A stretch of DNA of 64,000 nt from Candidatus Heimdallarchaeota archaeon. Lineage in GTDB: Archaea > Asgardarchaeota > Heimdallarchaeia > Heimdallarchaeales > Heimdallarchaeaceae. Numbering within the stretch: position 1 is the stretch's first letter; each line of letters starts with the position of its first letter. The stretch spans positions 160,001 to 224,000 of the forward strand of contig JAUVXV010000004.1 in assembly GCA_030603365.1 (NCBI GenBank), in the 5' to 3' direction. Below, one piece after another: positions 47,145-57,643 of this stretch. The notes beneath the pieces were generated by a model, which saw only the letters and a program-made list of their open reading frames with translations, did no database searches and had not been told where the DNA came from. Both the position numbers and the translations under genes were made by a program.

Positions 47145-47807
47145 CTAACCATTATTGGAAACTCCTGAACTGATTTGTATTTCATTTAGCTTTGAAATTA
47201 GCTCTTCTTTAGTATGTTGATCATTAGGGTCATTACTTTTAGAAGCAAAAATCATTTTGGTTGACATCTTCTCTATTTCGTGCAATAGCATTGGACTCTT
47301 ACCTTGTTCAAGAAAAACATCTCTTATTTCAAGTAATTGATTTGAAATCTTAAGATACTCATGTGACAAATCAGCACTTTCTTCTATTATGCTTCTAATA
47401 AAAGAAAAAGCTTCACTAACAGTAGATACATTAGGGCGTAGAGTTGAATGAAGATGTTCTGATATTTGTGAGACCAGATGATTTTCTAAATCTTCTTTTC
47501 TTGTTTCTGCTTCTTTGTATTTCTTTCCAAATACAACGTTGGTAAGGTGCTTGAGTGTTTTTTCAACTACTTCTTGTGACTGTAATTCAGGTATAAGGTG
47601 AATAAGTTGGGTTTTCACCAAAACTCTTCTTTCGTTCTTCAGCAGATAATTATATTCGTCTTTTGTTAATATCTCATCTGATACTAATTTTTTAACCTCT
47701 TCTCTGAAAGTTTGTCTATTCCCCCTGCCTTTCCAATAATATAATGCAATGTTATCTTTAAGCTTCTGTGAGATTTCATCCAACATTGATGTTCTAGACG
47801 CATCCAT
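47145..47807 (-). CDS. Hypothetical helical protein
   Basis: 220-aa ATG-started ORF with no recognised motif. Confidence 0.7.
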   Translation of the reverse strand: MDASRTSMLDEISQKLKDNIALYYWKGRGNRQTFREEVKKLVSDEILTKDEYNYLLKNERRVLVKTQLIHLIPELQSQEVVEKTLKHLTNVVFGKKYKEAETRKEDLENHLVSQISEHLHSTLRPNVSTVSEAFSFIRSIIEESADLSHEYLKISNQLLEIRDVFLEQGKSPMLLHEIEKMSTKMIFASKSNDPNDQHTKEELISKLNEIQISSGVSNNG

Positions 47808-47943
47808 GATTAATATACATGGTTTCAGAGTTAATAAGAATTTCTTAAGCTGAAATCACTATGTTAAGTTTTTTCTCATCATCTAGTTTAAACATGTGCT
47901 AATCACAAGAAATATCAGTATCATAATTAATCTTCCATCTGAA

Positions 47944-48675
47944 ATGACAGATACGACAGGAGTTCTATTTTGTGGTGGAGAAGGCACAAGAATGCGACCT
48001 TTAACTTATTACATGCAAAAGGTAATGTTGCCTATTGGAACAGACCAACAACCTTTACTCGAATATGTTCTGAAGCACTTTAAAAGGCATAAAATAAATG
48101 ATGTAGTCTTATTAGTGAATTACAAAAAAGAACAAATTGAAGGTTATTTTGGGGAAGGTGACACGCTTGGTATGAACCTGACTTATGTCCCAGATAAACC
48201 TGGTCCTGTAGGTACAGGGACCGCTTTATTAAATGCTAGGGAATACTTAGAAAATAAGAGATTGTTAATTTATTATTCAGATATTATTACAAATGTTGAC
48301 TTTACTGATATGTTATCTTACCATCTCAAATTAGAAAAATGGGCTACAATATTGGTATCAAAAGGGTGGAAAATAAGGGTTGGAACAGCTAATATTGATC
48401 AAGATAATAAAGTGACAAAGTTTGTAGAAAAACCTGAGATTCCTCTTTTTGTAAACACTGGCATTAGTATTTTGGAACCAATCATCTTTGAATATCTTGA
48501 TGAATATGATGCAAATACTAGTGTAGATTTATCCAAAGATATATTTCCACAGTTTGTTAAACATGAACAGATGTATGCTTATACACCTAAGGATGTTTAT
48601 TGGGAAGATATAGGGTCCTTAGAACGTTATGAAAAATTGGATCATAGTTTTATTACATCAATTATGAAACAATAA
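47944..48675 (+). CDS. Sugar-phosphate nucleotidyltransferase (GCD1-like)
   Basis: CGGEGTRMRPLT...KVMLPI, GTGTAL, FVEKP, WEDIG. Confidence 0.9.
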   Translation: MTDTTGVLFCGGEGTRMRPLTYYMQKVMLPIGTDQQPLLEYVLKHFKRHKINDVVLLVNYKKEQIEGYFGEGDTLGMNLTYVPDKPGPVGTGTALLNAREYLENKRLLIYYSDIITNVDFTDMLSYHLKLEKWATILVSKGWKIRVGTANIDQDNKVTKFVEKPEIPLFVNTGISILEPIIFEYLDEYDANTSVDLSKDIFPQFVKHEQMYAYTPKDVYWEDIGSLERYEKLDHSFITSIMKQ

Positions 48676-48740
48676 CGTAGAAAAAATGGAAAGGATTTTT
48701 GACAGTAAAGTTATTAATCATGCTCTTCCAGAAAATAATA

Positions 48741-49148
48741 ATGAAACATAGATTGATGGATCTACTTGCTTGTCCTATTGATAAATCCTGGCCTTTAAAG
48801 TTAGAAATCTCTGAAGAAGTGAAGGAAATTGATACAATATCTCTACCTTTAGAAAATCCAAATACAGGAGTAGTGTGCGGATTCTACTGTAATTTTAAAC
48901 AATATTCGTTAGTTATAGTAAATGATGCAGACGAAGAAGAAAATAAATCCATAAAAGAAATAAAAGAAAATGTTAAACTAGAAGATTGCCAAAAATGTTT
49001 TCAGATCGACATCCAAAGTGGAAAGCTTCATTGTAATATGGATAAAAGCCACGAGTATGAGATTAAAGAAGGAATTCCAGTTATGTTATCAAAGGAAAAA
49101 ATTGAAGAAATCTATGGAAAAAGAAAGAGTAAAAGCAAGAAAAAATAA
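48741..49148 (+). CDS. Trm112-like methyltransferase activator
   Basis: MKHRLMDLLACPIDK...C..C...YEIKEGIPVML. Confidence 0.85.
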   Translation: MKHRLMDLLACPIDKSWPLKLEISEEVKEIDTISLPLENPNTGVVCGFYCNFKQYSLVIVNDADEEENKSIKEIKENVKLEDCQKCFQIDIQSGKLHCNMDKSHEYEIKEGIPVMLSKEKIEEIYGKRKSKSKKK

Positions 49149-49154
49149 TCATTA

Positions 49155-49487
49155 TTAATCTTCTTTCGGAGCTTCTTTTTCATGTTCTTGGTTTTCGATT
49201 TCTGATATCTTGTTTTCTTTCTTGGGAGTTTCTTCTTTTCCTTGTCTATTAGTGTGCCAAATGAAATATCCAAACTCAATTAGTAATCCAACACCTAGAA
49301 GGATATTGACAACTACAAGCTTTGATTGAGCGCCTTCAAAACTTGGCAGATACTTCTGGATAGATAGAAGTAAAATATAGGCAGCAAGTGTCATAAAAAT
49401 CATCACAAGTTGAATCCCTGCAGCTCTGTCAATCTTATTCACGAATTCTTTCAACTTAATAACAACTTTATTTTCCATATCTCTCAC
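49155..49487 (-). CDS. Small two-TM membrane protein
   Basis: Two hydrophobic helices and a charged C-terminal tail; directly follows mutL. Confidence 0.65.
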   Translation of the reverse strand: MRDMENKVVIKLKEFVNKIDRAAGIQLVMIFMTLAAYILLLSIQKYLPSFEGAQSKLVVVNILLGVGLLIEFGYFIWHTNRQGKEETPKKENKISEIENQEHEKEAPKED

Positions 49488-49489
49488 GT

Positions 49490-51310
49490 TTATCTATAAT
49501 CTCTTTTGAAAAGTTCTTCTATGTAATCTTCAATCAGAATTATGACAGTGGGTCTACCATGGGGACAAGTAAAAGGTTCTTCGAGTGAAAAAAGGTTCTT
49601 AAGTAGTGTCTCAGCTTGATCTATTGAAATCTTATCTCCTGCTTTAATCGACCTCCTACATGCAAAAATGGATACTAAATCCTTAATGAAATTTAAATCT
49701 TCAATTTGAAGATTCTGTTTTATTTCTGAAATATTCTCCTTGATAATGTCAATGATGTCTTTTGCAACAGTATAATCAACGGTAACACCCATAATCAATG
49801 GAATTGATCGTAATATGATTTCATTCTTACCGAATACATCAATATCAAAACCAAACAACCCAAGGTTCTCTCGAATTTCATCAAAAACCTCAAACTCAGA
49901 TGGTTTAAGTGTAATGTTGACAGGAGCGAGTAATTGCTGTATGCTTACTTTCTTTTTCTTAAGCTGTTCAATGTATTTTTCATAATTGACCTTCTCATGA
50001 GCAGCATGTTGATCACATAAGAATAACCCTTCTTCAATCTCAGCTACAATGTAAGTATTCTTTATGACCCCAAGAACTCTAATGTCTTTTTTATGTTGAA
50101 TTATTTCTTCTATCTTAGATTCTGTTTCTCTAGAAGGAGGTAGAAAGGAATCAATACTCTGTTCTTTACCTCTAGTAATCCGATATTCTGGTTGTTTTAT
50201 TCTTCTAGTTGCGGTTGAGATTGTTTTTTTATCTGCTTCAACTTTAGATTTTACTCTGTCTATGTCTACAAGAGTAGTAGGTTTGAATCTAGTTTCTAAT
50301 GTTCTTTCAAATATCTCCAGACCAATATTTTCTAAAGACTCTATAATTGCAGATTCAATTAAGCTATATACTTTTGAATCTTTACTGAATCTTACTTCCT
50401 TTTTGGTTGGATGAACATTAACATCTACTTCTTCAGTAGGTAGAGAAAGGTATAGAAAAATAACTGGAAATCTTCCATGTGGAACTGAAGTACCATATCC
50501 TCTTAATGTTGCATCTACAATAGTTTTATTGGAGATAGGTCTCATATTAACGAAAGTATAAAGATAATCTCTTGATTTTCTAGAAAATTCCGGTTTTGTG
50601 ATATATCCTTTGATTTGATAACCTTCTTCTTTTTTATCTATTGGGATACATCCTTTAGCAATCTGTTTGCCAAAAATCGCTGTAATTTGAGTAATTAGGT
50701 CACCTTTAGGTGCAGTAAGGATATCTTTTCTATTGTGAGTTAGAGAAAATGCTATTGCTGGTTGTGCAAGAGCTAAACGAGTGATAAATTCAGTTATGTG
50801 ATTGATTTCGGTTGAAATTGTTTTGAGGAATTTTCTTCTAACTTGAACATTAAAGAACAGATTCTTTACAATAATTCTTGTCCCTACAGCTGTAGATATT
50901 TGTTTATCTGTGATTACTTTTCCTCCCTCAATAACAAGGTGTGTGCCTAGTTCATCTTCTTTAGTTCTAGTAAATATCTCTACTTGAGCTACACTTACAA
51001 TACTGGCTAAAGCTTCCCCTCTAAACCCTAAGCTATTGATAGAAAAAAGATCATCTGCACTCTTTATTTTGCTTGTTGTATGACGATTTATAGATAACAA
51101 AGCATCATCATGTGACATTCCAATACCATTGTCTATGATTTCGATAAGTTTCTTTCCTCCCTCTTGAACATTAATTGTTATCTTGTTACTTTGAGCATCA
51201 ATTGAGTTTTCTACAATTTCTTTAACTACCGAGGCAGGTCGTTCTATTACTTCTCCTGCTGCAATCTTATTGATTGTAAGAGTATCAAGCTCAACTATCT
51301 TCATATTCAT
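49490..51310 (-). CDS. mutL: DNA mismatch repair protein MutL
   Basis: IAAGEVIERPASVVKE, GFRGEALAS, DVNVHPTK, endonuclease motif DQHAAHEK, CPHGRP. Confidence 0.98.
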   Translation of the reverse strand: MNMKIVELDTLTINKIAAGEVIERPASVVKEIVENSIDAQSNKITINVQEGGKKLIEIIDNGIGMSHDDALLSINRHTTSKIKSADDLFSINSLGFRGEALASIVSVAQVEIFTRTKEDELGTHLVIEGGKVITDKQISTAVGTRIIVKNLFFNVQVRRKFLKTISTEINHITEFITRLALAQPAIAFSLTHNRKDILTAPKGDLITQITAIFGKQIAKGCIPIDKKEEGYQIKGYITKPEFSRKSRDYLYTFVNMRPISNKTIVDATLRGYGTSVPHGRFPVIFLYLSLPTEEVDVNVHPTKKEVRFSKDSKVYSLIESAIIESLENIGLEIFERTLETRFKPTTLVDIDRVKSKVEADKKTISTATRRIKQPEYRITRGKEQSIDSFLPPSRETESKIEEIIQHKKDIRVLGVIKNTYIVAEIEEGLFLCDQHAAHEKVNYEKYIEQLKKKKVSIQQLLAPVNITLKPSEFEVFDEIRENLGLFGFDIDVFGKNEIILRSIPLIMGVTVDYTVAKDIIDIIKENISEIKQNLQIEDLNFIKDLVSIFACRRSIKAGDKISIDQAETLLKNLFSLEEPFTCPHGRPTVIILIEDYIEELFKRDYR

Positions 51311-51368
51311 AGAACCTCAGATAATTATTGTTTGTGTTAGGTTGAACACTTATTCCTAGTTCTTATTT

Positions 51369-54011
51369 TTATTTATCTTTTAGAACCTTTTTACTTCTTT
51401 CTGTAAGCTTATCTAAGATGTTTAACGCATCTATTGGTTTTAATTCATCCAAACTTATATCTGAAATTTCATTAATAAACTCTTCAAATTTATTCATCTT
51501 CTTTGAGGTGGAATCCTTATCAGTTATTGTTGATGGGATTATCTTCTCTTTTTCATCCTCTGCTCTGTGAAATTGTGAAAGCAATTTGTTGGAATTATCA
51601 ATAACATCTTTTGGCAAACCTGCAAGTGATGCAACATGAATACCAAAACTTTCACTAATTCCTCCTTCTTTTAATTTATAGAGGAAATGGATGTCTCCAT
51701 TCACATTTTTAATAGAAGCATGATAATTTTTAACTCTTGGAAGTTTGGTTTCTAATTCTATTAGCTCATGATAATGAGTTGCAAATAAAGTTCTAGGACC
51801 TAACTTTCCAATTTTATTGTGCAGAAACTCAGTAATTGACCAAGCTATTGAAACACCATCGTATGTTGATGTGCCTCTACCCACTTCATCGAGAATGACT
51901 AAACTTCTTTCAGTTGCGTTATTGAGAATATTTGCACATTCATACATCTCAACCATGAAAGTAGATCTGTGTTCAACCAACATATCATGAGCTCCAATAC
52001 GAGTAAATATTCTATCGGTTAATCCTATTGTTGCTGAACTTGCAGGAACAAAACTACCTATTTGTGTCATTAAAACAATAAGAGCAACTTGTCTCAAAAT
52101 CGTGCTTTTTCCTCCCATGTTGGGACCTGTTATAATCAAAATCCTTTCTTTGTTTTTACTTAGACTAATATCATTGGGGATAAAAACTGATTGGGAGAGT
52201 AATCTTTCAACTACAGGATGTCGTCCCTCTTCTATTTTGATAATATCATCCTTCGTTATATTTGGTTTTGTGTAATTATAATAAACTGCATTCTGAGCAA
52301 ATGTGGATATTACATCTACCAATGCAATAAAATAAGCATCTTGCTGGATGATTGTTGCATATTCAGCTATTTGCATTAATACATTGTAAAACAACTCCTC
52401 TTCCAAGACTAGAATCTTTTCTTCAGCATTAAGGATTTTTTCCTCATATTCCTTTAGTTCAGGGGTAATATATCGCTCAGCGTTCACCAATGTTTGTTTT
52501 CTTTCATATTGTGTGGGAACCTTATCACTTGAGGCTTTTGGGACTTCAATATAATAGCCAAAAACTTTGTTAAAACGCACCTTTAGATTTTTAATCCCTG
52601 TTTCAACTCTCTCTCTAGCTTCTAAAGATGTTAAGAAAGTTTTACCTCCCTTTTGAATTTTTCTTAATTCATCTAACTCTTCATTATAATCTCTACGAAT
52701 AACATTTCCATCCTTAATGTTTGCGGGGACTTCATCTTCTATACCATTAGCAATAATTTCTACTACTTCTTCTAAGGGATCTAGGTTCTTGTGTATGTCT
52801 TTAAGAAGAGATGAAGTGAATTTTGATATAATAGAACGTATTCCTGGAATTAACTCTAGTGAGTTTTTTAGTGCAATTAAATCTCTTGGTTTGCTTCTTC
52901 CAAGACATATTCGTCCTGTAATTCTTTCTATATCACTAATGTTTGTTAATATGCTCCTGATTTCTTCTCTTGAAATGCTGTCATTCACTAATTCTTCAGT
53001 TGCATCTAATCTACCTTGAATTGTTGAGATATTCAAAATGGGTCTTAAAATTAAAGAAGTAAGAAGCCTGGATCCTGGAGGTGTTTTCGTATTGTCTAAT
53101 ACTTGTCTTAGAGTACCATGCTCTGTTCTAGCTTGCAAATTTTCAATGAGTTCCAAATTTCGTATTGTACTCGAATCCAATATCATATAATCTTGACTTT
53201 TAAGTTGACTAATTTTAGTTATATTAGGAAATTTCTCTCTCATTTGTGTTTCTCTAATATATCTAAGAACTGCTCCTGCAGCTCCAATAGAAGGGTAAGT
53301 CTCATTAACACCAAAACCATCTAAACTAAGAACTTCAAAGAGAGAACGGAGGTCCTTTGAGCCTTGTTCAATGTCAAAATAAAAGAAATCTCTATAGGTT
53401 CTTATTGTTCTACTTTGTTCTCCAAATTCCTTCAAATCAGTACTTAATTGTTCTTCCAATATTATTTCCGAAGGATTTAGACGAGTTAATTCAACGTTAA
53501 GAAGATTTAGAGCTTTTTTTCCCTCAAAATCTGAGACTAAGAATTCTCCTGTGGATAAGTCAAGAGCTGATAAACCATAGATATTGCTTACTTTATTTAT
53601 TGCAACAAGATAATTATTTTGTCCCTTAGTAAGAGACTCAGGAAGAGTTATTGTTCCTTTTGTTACTAACTGCACAACTCCACGCCTAACAATTTTCTTC
53701 GTTGCTTTAGCATCTTCAAGTTGTTCCACTATAGCGATTTTATACCCGTTTTCAACCATTTTAGCAATGTAAGAATCTACTGCATGAAAAGGAACACCTG
53801 CTAATGGAAACCTTCTGTCTGCGATCGTTCTCGCTGTAAGTGTGATGTTCAAAACTTCTGAAGCAACTTTTGCATCCTCATTAAAAGTTTCATAAAAATC
53901 TCCTGCTCGAAAGAAAATGATATAATCTGGGTGTTGTTTCTTAATGTCCTGCCACTGTTGCATCATTGGAGTTAACTTAGGCTTAAGCTTCCGATCATCA
54001 AATTGCTTCAT
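51369..54011 (-). CDS. mutS: DNA mismatch repair protein MutS (MutS1)
   Basis: TPMMQQ, GDFYETF, TGPNMGGKST, STFMVEM, DEVGRGTS, FATHYHEL. Confidence 0.98.
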   Translation of the reverse strand: MKQFDDRKLKPKLTPMMQQWQDIKKQHPDYIIFFRAGDFYETFNEDAKVASEVLNITLTARTIADRRFPLAGVPFHAVDSYIAKMVENGYKIAIVEQLEDAKATKKIVRRGVVQLVTKGTITLPESLTKGQNNYLVAINKVSNIYGLSALDLSTGEFLVSDFEGKKALNLLNVELTRLNPSEIILEEQLSTDLKEFGEQSRTIRTYRDFFYFDIEQGSKDLRSLFEVLSLDGFGVNETYPSIGAAGAVLRYIRETQMREKFPNITKISQLKSQDYMILDSSTIRNLELIENLQARTEHGTLRQVLDNTKTPPGSRLLTSLILRPILNISTIQGRLDATEELVNDSISREEIRSILTNISDIERITGRICLGRSKPRDLIALKNSLELIPGIRSIISKFTSSLLKDIHKNLDPLEEVVEIIANGIEDEVPANIKDGNVIRRDYNEELDELRKIQKGGKTFLTSLEARERVETGIKNLKVRFNKVFGYYIEVPKASSDKVPTQYERKQTLVNAERYITPELKEYEEKILNAEEKILVLEEELFYNVLMQIAEYATIIQQDAYFIALVDVISTFAQNAVYYNYTKPNITKDDIIKIEEGRHPVVERLLSQSVFIPNDISLSKNKERILIITGPNMGGKSTILRQVALIVLMTQIGSFVPASSATIGLTDRIFTRIGAHDMLVEHRSTFMVEMYECANILNNATERSLVILDEVGRGTSTYDGVSIAWSITEFLHNKIGKLGPRTLFATHYHELIELETKLPRVKNYHASIKNVNGDIHFLYKLKEGGISESFGIHVASLAGLPKDVIDNSNKLLSQFHRAEDEKEKIIPSTITDKDSTSKKMNKFEEFINEISDISLDELKPIDALNILDKLTERSKKVLKDK

Positions 54012-54028
54012 AATTCTTACTCTCTTAG

Positions 54029-54844
54029 CTAACTTTTCTTAAAATCTTTACTCTTTTGAATATAAAAATCATATACATCTTTAGGTTGTTTTTTCAAGTC
54101 AGCAGCTCCCCAAGAGTATATGTTTTCAGGTTTATCTTCACTTGTAAGAAACCATCCACCTTCTTCTATGATTTTAGATAACTGATTAACAATAGTTACT
54201 CCTGCACTAGCACCTAATCTGTCTGCACCAGCATTAATCAACCTAACAGCGGTTCTAGCATCTCGAATCCCCCCAGCAGCTTTTACACCTAAATCTTTGC
54301 CAACTGCCTGACGCATCAGAACTATGTGATCATGAAAAGCTCCCATAGGACCAAAACCTGTTGAAGTTTTAACATAATGAGCTCCAGAATTCTTGGAAAT
54401 TTCACATGCTTTTACAATTTGATCATCTGTTAAGAATCCTGTTTCAAAAATAACTTTGACACAAACACCATTTGCTGACTGTACTACTTGTGCAATGTCA
54501 TTACCAACAGCAAAATAGTTTCCTTCTCTGAAACTACCAATGTCCATAACCATATCAATCTCATTTGCACCATTTTGTACAGCTTCAGCTGTCTCAAATG
54601 CCTTTGTTTTGGAAGTACATGCTCCTAATGGGAATCCTACAACAGCTGCTAAATCAACTTCTGATTTCTTCAGTATTTCTTTACAAAAAGAAACATGGTT
54701 TGAACTAACACACACAGCAGCAAAATTGTATTCAAGTGCTTCCACGCATAATTTATTGATGTTTTTCTTTGTAGAAAATGGTTTTAGATTGGTATGATCA
54801 ATCATTCGAGCAAGTTTTTCTGGTGAAATTCTTAGGGAATACAC
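54029..54844 (-). CDS. deoC: Deoxyribose-phosphate aldolase
   Basis: IDHTNLK, VGFPLG, EIDMV, VKTSTGF, VKAAGGIR, RLGAS. Confidence 0.96.
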   Translation of the reverse strand: MYSLRISPEKLARMIDHTNLKPFSTKKNINKLCVEALEYNFAAVCVSSNHVSFCKEILKKSEVDLAAVVGFPLGACTSKTKAFETAEAVQNGANEIDMVMDIGSFREGNYFAVGNDIAQVVQSANGVCVKVIFETGFLTDDQIVKACEISKNSGAHYVKTSTGFGPMGAFHDHIVLMRQAVGKDLGVKAAGGIRDARTAVRLINAGADRLGASAGVTIVNQLSKIIEEGGWFLTSEDKPENIYSWGAADLKKQPKDVYDFYIQKSKDFKKS

Positions 54845-54906
54845 ATAATAGTGAAGTAATCTAAATAAAAAAAGATTACGAAAGTTTGGTAAAAGTAATT
54901 TTAAGA

Positions 54907-55311
54907 TTAAATGCTAGCTACATATTCTTTTTCTATTAATCTTCGAAATTCTTCGATTTTTTTATGGATTGTAACAGCTTCCTTCTTGACGATGCTTGGT
55001 ATTTTTCCAAAACCAAGAGCTTTTTCATAACATTTAGAGAAATAATTTAATTGAAAAACTAGTTGAACAACTCTGGCATATTGAAATACTTGATCAGGAT
55101 TAGTAACAAGTGCTACCTTTAAGGAGATTTCATTTTGTTCCTCTGGACTCAAATCAATGTTTAAACCTAATCGATTACATAAATCAAATAACTTATTGAG
55201 CATGAGTCTTCCTTTCTTTAGAACTTGCGCCAGCTCTGAAGCGACGTCAGAAAGTCCAGGTACTTCTTTGCCAATTGTTTCGGCACTCTCGGTTATACTT
55301 TCAAGATGCAT
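54907..55311 (-). CDS. Hypothetical helical protein
   Basis: 134-aa ATG-started ORF with a TATA-like element upstream. Confidence 0.7.
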   Translation of the reverse strand: MHLESITESAETIGKEVPGLSDVASELAQVLKKGRLMLNKLFDLCNRLGLNIDLSPEEQNEISLKVALVTNPDQVFQYARVVQLVFQLNYFSKCYEKALGFGKIPSIVKKEAVTIHKKIEEFRRLIEKEYVASI

Positions 55312-55415
55312 TTTTCACACTAACGTTTTGTAAATTAAAGTTATTGAAGGTTCTTATAAGTTTTTTTCAGATTACTTATGGTGATAAAAAAGAAAGAAGA
55401 AAAAAGAAAGAAAGA

Positions 55416-57506
55416 TTAAGGTTCTAAGAGCATTCTGAGATATAATAACTCACCATCAATATCATTTTTTAGTTTTTCAATGGTTTGTTGTCTATCTTGG
55501 AACATTTTAACATATGACTCTCTAGTCATAATAGTCTTCTTAACTCTGTATTCTTGTTGAAGCACACGTAGATTCCTTCGTTCTTCATAGAGTTTTCTTT
55601 CAGCAATTTCAATCTTCTGGACAGCTTGCTTGTATCTTCCACCATGTTTCACTAGAGTTTCTTTGGTCTGTTTTAGATTAACTTCTTCAGCTCTTAGACG
55701 TTTTTCTAGTTTAGCAATCAAATCCTTTCCTTCTTTAGCTTTCATTTTCTTTGAAGCGACTTTGATTCTAGTTTCTCTCAACCTTTCCTTAATTGAAAGA
55801 ACCTCTTCATACTGTTTAACAAATTCTTCAATTTCATCAAATGGAATAAATTCTTTATCAGAATCGCTTATAACTAGATCTTTAGTTTTCTTTGATGACC
55901 ATCTAATACCCAAATAAATAGCGAATACGACTCCAACTGTAATTACTTGGAAGAAATATGTGATAAGTACATTTAATCTTGAATATGTAAATTCAATGAT
56001 TAAGGGAGCATTATCATTCCCTGTAAAGGTAGTAAATGAAAAACTAAGGATTCTTCTGAAACCTAGAGAAACAAAATCGAATTTTTTATTGTAGTTAATA
56101 ATCAAGTCTTGATAAGGATCGGGGTTATTGTATCTAATCTCGTGATATACTGCTCCTTTTGGAAGAATTACATCTACATTTAATTTTTCTACGGTCCAAT
56201 TAATGATTGAACAAGGCTCAAATCTCATCCTGTAATTTATACTTCCTTGTTCTTTCTGTAGATATACTTCCATAGGTACAGTATAAACAATTGTAAAAGT
56301 AAAATCTTCTCCATGGAATAAAGGAGTTCGTGGAAAAATGACTAATGCGTCATGACCAATAAATACACTTGGTCGTTGATTATATGATCCAGGTTCGAAA
56401 ATTAGATTATCATCTAGTTGATAATTTTGATTTAGTCCACCAACATCATCATAAAGTTCTAGAACCGTTGCATTCTTGGGTAATATAACTGGAAAAGAGT
56501 TCAGAGCCCACAATTTAAGGCTGTAAAGAGCCTCATTATCAGGTCTTTTAGGACCGAAGTAATAGAGTGATTGCTCTTCAGTAATCTTAATCAAACCAAA
56601 AGGATCAACCTCAATTCTTCGGTTTATCTCTGTTGCCTTGAACAGCATTGTATTGGCAGGATTTTCTATATCTCCACCTGCTGCAATCGCTGTAAGATAG
56701 ACATTCATGTGTACGTCGTCTTCATATGATTGTGAGTAATTGAAAGGTTGTCTTGTTATATTGTACCATTTAACTAAACCTTGCTCATTATCAACTGTTT
56801 TGAAAATACCTCTCGTTCCATTGGTTGGAGTAATTCTGTCAGTTAAGAAAACATCTCCACCTTGTCTTTGCACCCATACTGAACAATTAATTATTGGTAA
56901 ATTGTTAATTAATGGGTAAATTAGCTCTTGGTAATGAAGAACTTGTTCTCCCCCTTCTAACCAGTATGAATATGGGTATGCAAACTCAATGTAGGTATTA
57001 ATGAATATTTCTTCACCTTGTCCATAGCTTGTTTCATTAACATGTAATGGAATGATAAAAGTTGTATAATTTATTCCCTTTTGATAAGTATAAGTTCTCA
57101 TAGATGTTGAGTTACCTATCGACTCATATGATTCATTTGAAACACGGAATCCTGCAAATGTAATGTTCTTGTTGTTAATATTAGGCAAGGTATAATTGAA
57201 GTAAGTTATATTCACATTTCCAATAATATCAAGTTTTATTGAGTCAACCAACGATAATACGCCAAAAGTTTGAATTTCAATAGTCCTGTTAACTGATGTT
57301 GTGGCATTCATCCCGTAATCATATACAAAATCACTTGTTAGAGACAATTCGTCTGTTGAGGGAACGGGTATGTTAATTCTATCTGGTTGAATAATTGGTA
57401 AATCTGTAGATTGATTTGCTTGTATTAGACCATACATTACTGAAAATGACATGGAAACTGCAAATAATATAGCTAAAGTAACAATTGTACTTCTTGTTTT
57501 CTTCAT
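55416..57506 (-). CDS. Ribophorin I (RPN1/OST1)-like protein
   Basis: Duplicated 'NRxIEI/V..FG' domains, PRTPLFHGEDFTFTIVY, VILPKGA, single TM and a cytoplasmic coiled coil; many NxS/T sequons; likely ATG 57506 with GAGGT upstream. Confidence 0.75.
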   Translation of the reverse strand: MKKTRSTIVTLAILFAVSMSFSVMYGLIQANQSTDLPIIQPDRINIPVPSTDELSLTSDFVYDYGMNATTSVNRTIEIQTFGVLSLVDSIKLDIIGNVNITYFNYTLPNINNKNITFAGFRVSNESYESIGNSTSMRTYTYQKGINYTTFIIPLHVNETSYGQGEEIFINTYIEFAYPYSYWLEGGEQVLHYQELIYPLINNLPIINCSVWVQRQGGDVFLTDRITPTNGTRGIFKTVDNEQGLVKWYNITRQPFNYSQSYEDDVHMNVYLTAIAAGGDIENPANTMLFKATEINRRIEVDPFGLIKITEEQSLYYFGPKRPDNEALYSLKLWALNSFPVILPKNATVLELYDDVGGLNQNYQLDDNLIFEPGSYNQRPSVFIGHDALVIFPRTPLFHGEDFTFTIVYTVPMEVYLQKEQGSINYRMRFEPCSIINWTVEKLNVDVILPKGAVYHEIRYNNPDPYQDLIINYNKKFDFVSLGFRRILSFSFTTFTGNDNAPLIIEFTYSRLNVLITYFFQVITVGVVFAIYLGIRWSSKKTKDLVISDSDKEFIPFDEIEEFVKQYEEVLSIKERLRETRIKVASKKMKAKEGKDLIAKLEKRLRAEEVNLKQTKETLVKHGGRYKQAVQKIEIAERKLYEERRNLRVLQQEYRVKKTIMTRESYVKMFQDRQQTIEKLKNDIDGELLYLRMLLEP

Positions 57507-57643
57507 TGTTGAAACCTCGTGTTTCTCGTCTTTGTGCAATTGATATGAAACGATTTTAAATATTTTGGCTTTTAATACATTTTATTTCTTAAATATCAGA
57601 AAGATTATTGAATTCTTATTTTATTTATAATTTGATTGACAAA

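Noticed and set aside
47863-47876. 14-mer GTTAAGTTTTTTCT shared with 8721-8734
   Set aside because: Low-complexity AT-rich word; the second copy lacks the palindromic arm and may be chance or a minus-strand BRE/TATA element
55385-55415. A/G-rich simple repeat (aagaaagaagaaaaaagaaagaaag)
   Set aside because: It is the complement of a T-rich terminator for the minus-strand ribophorin gene, not a functional tandem repeat
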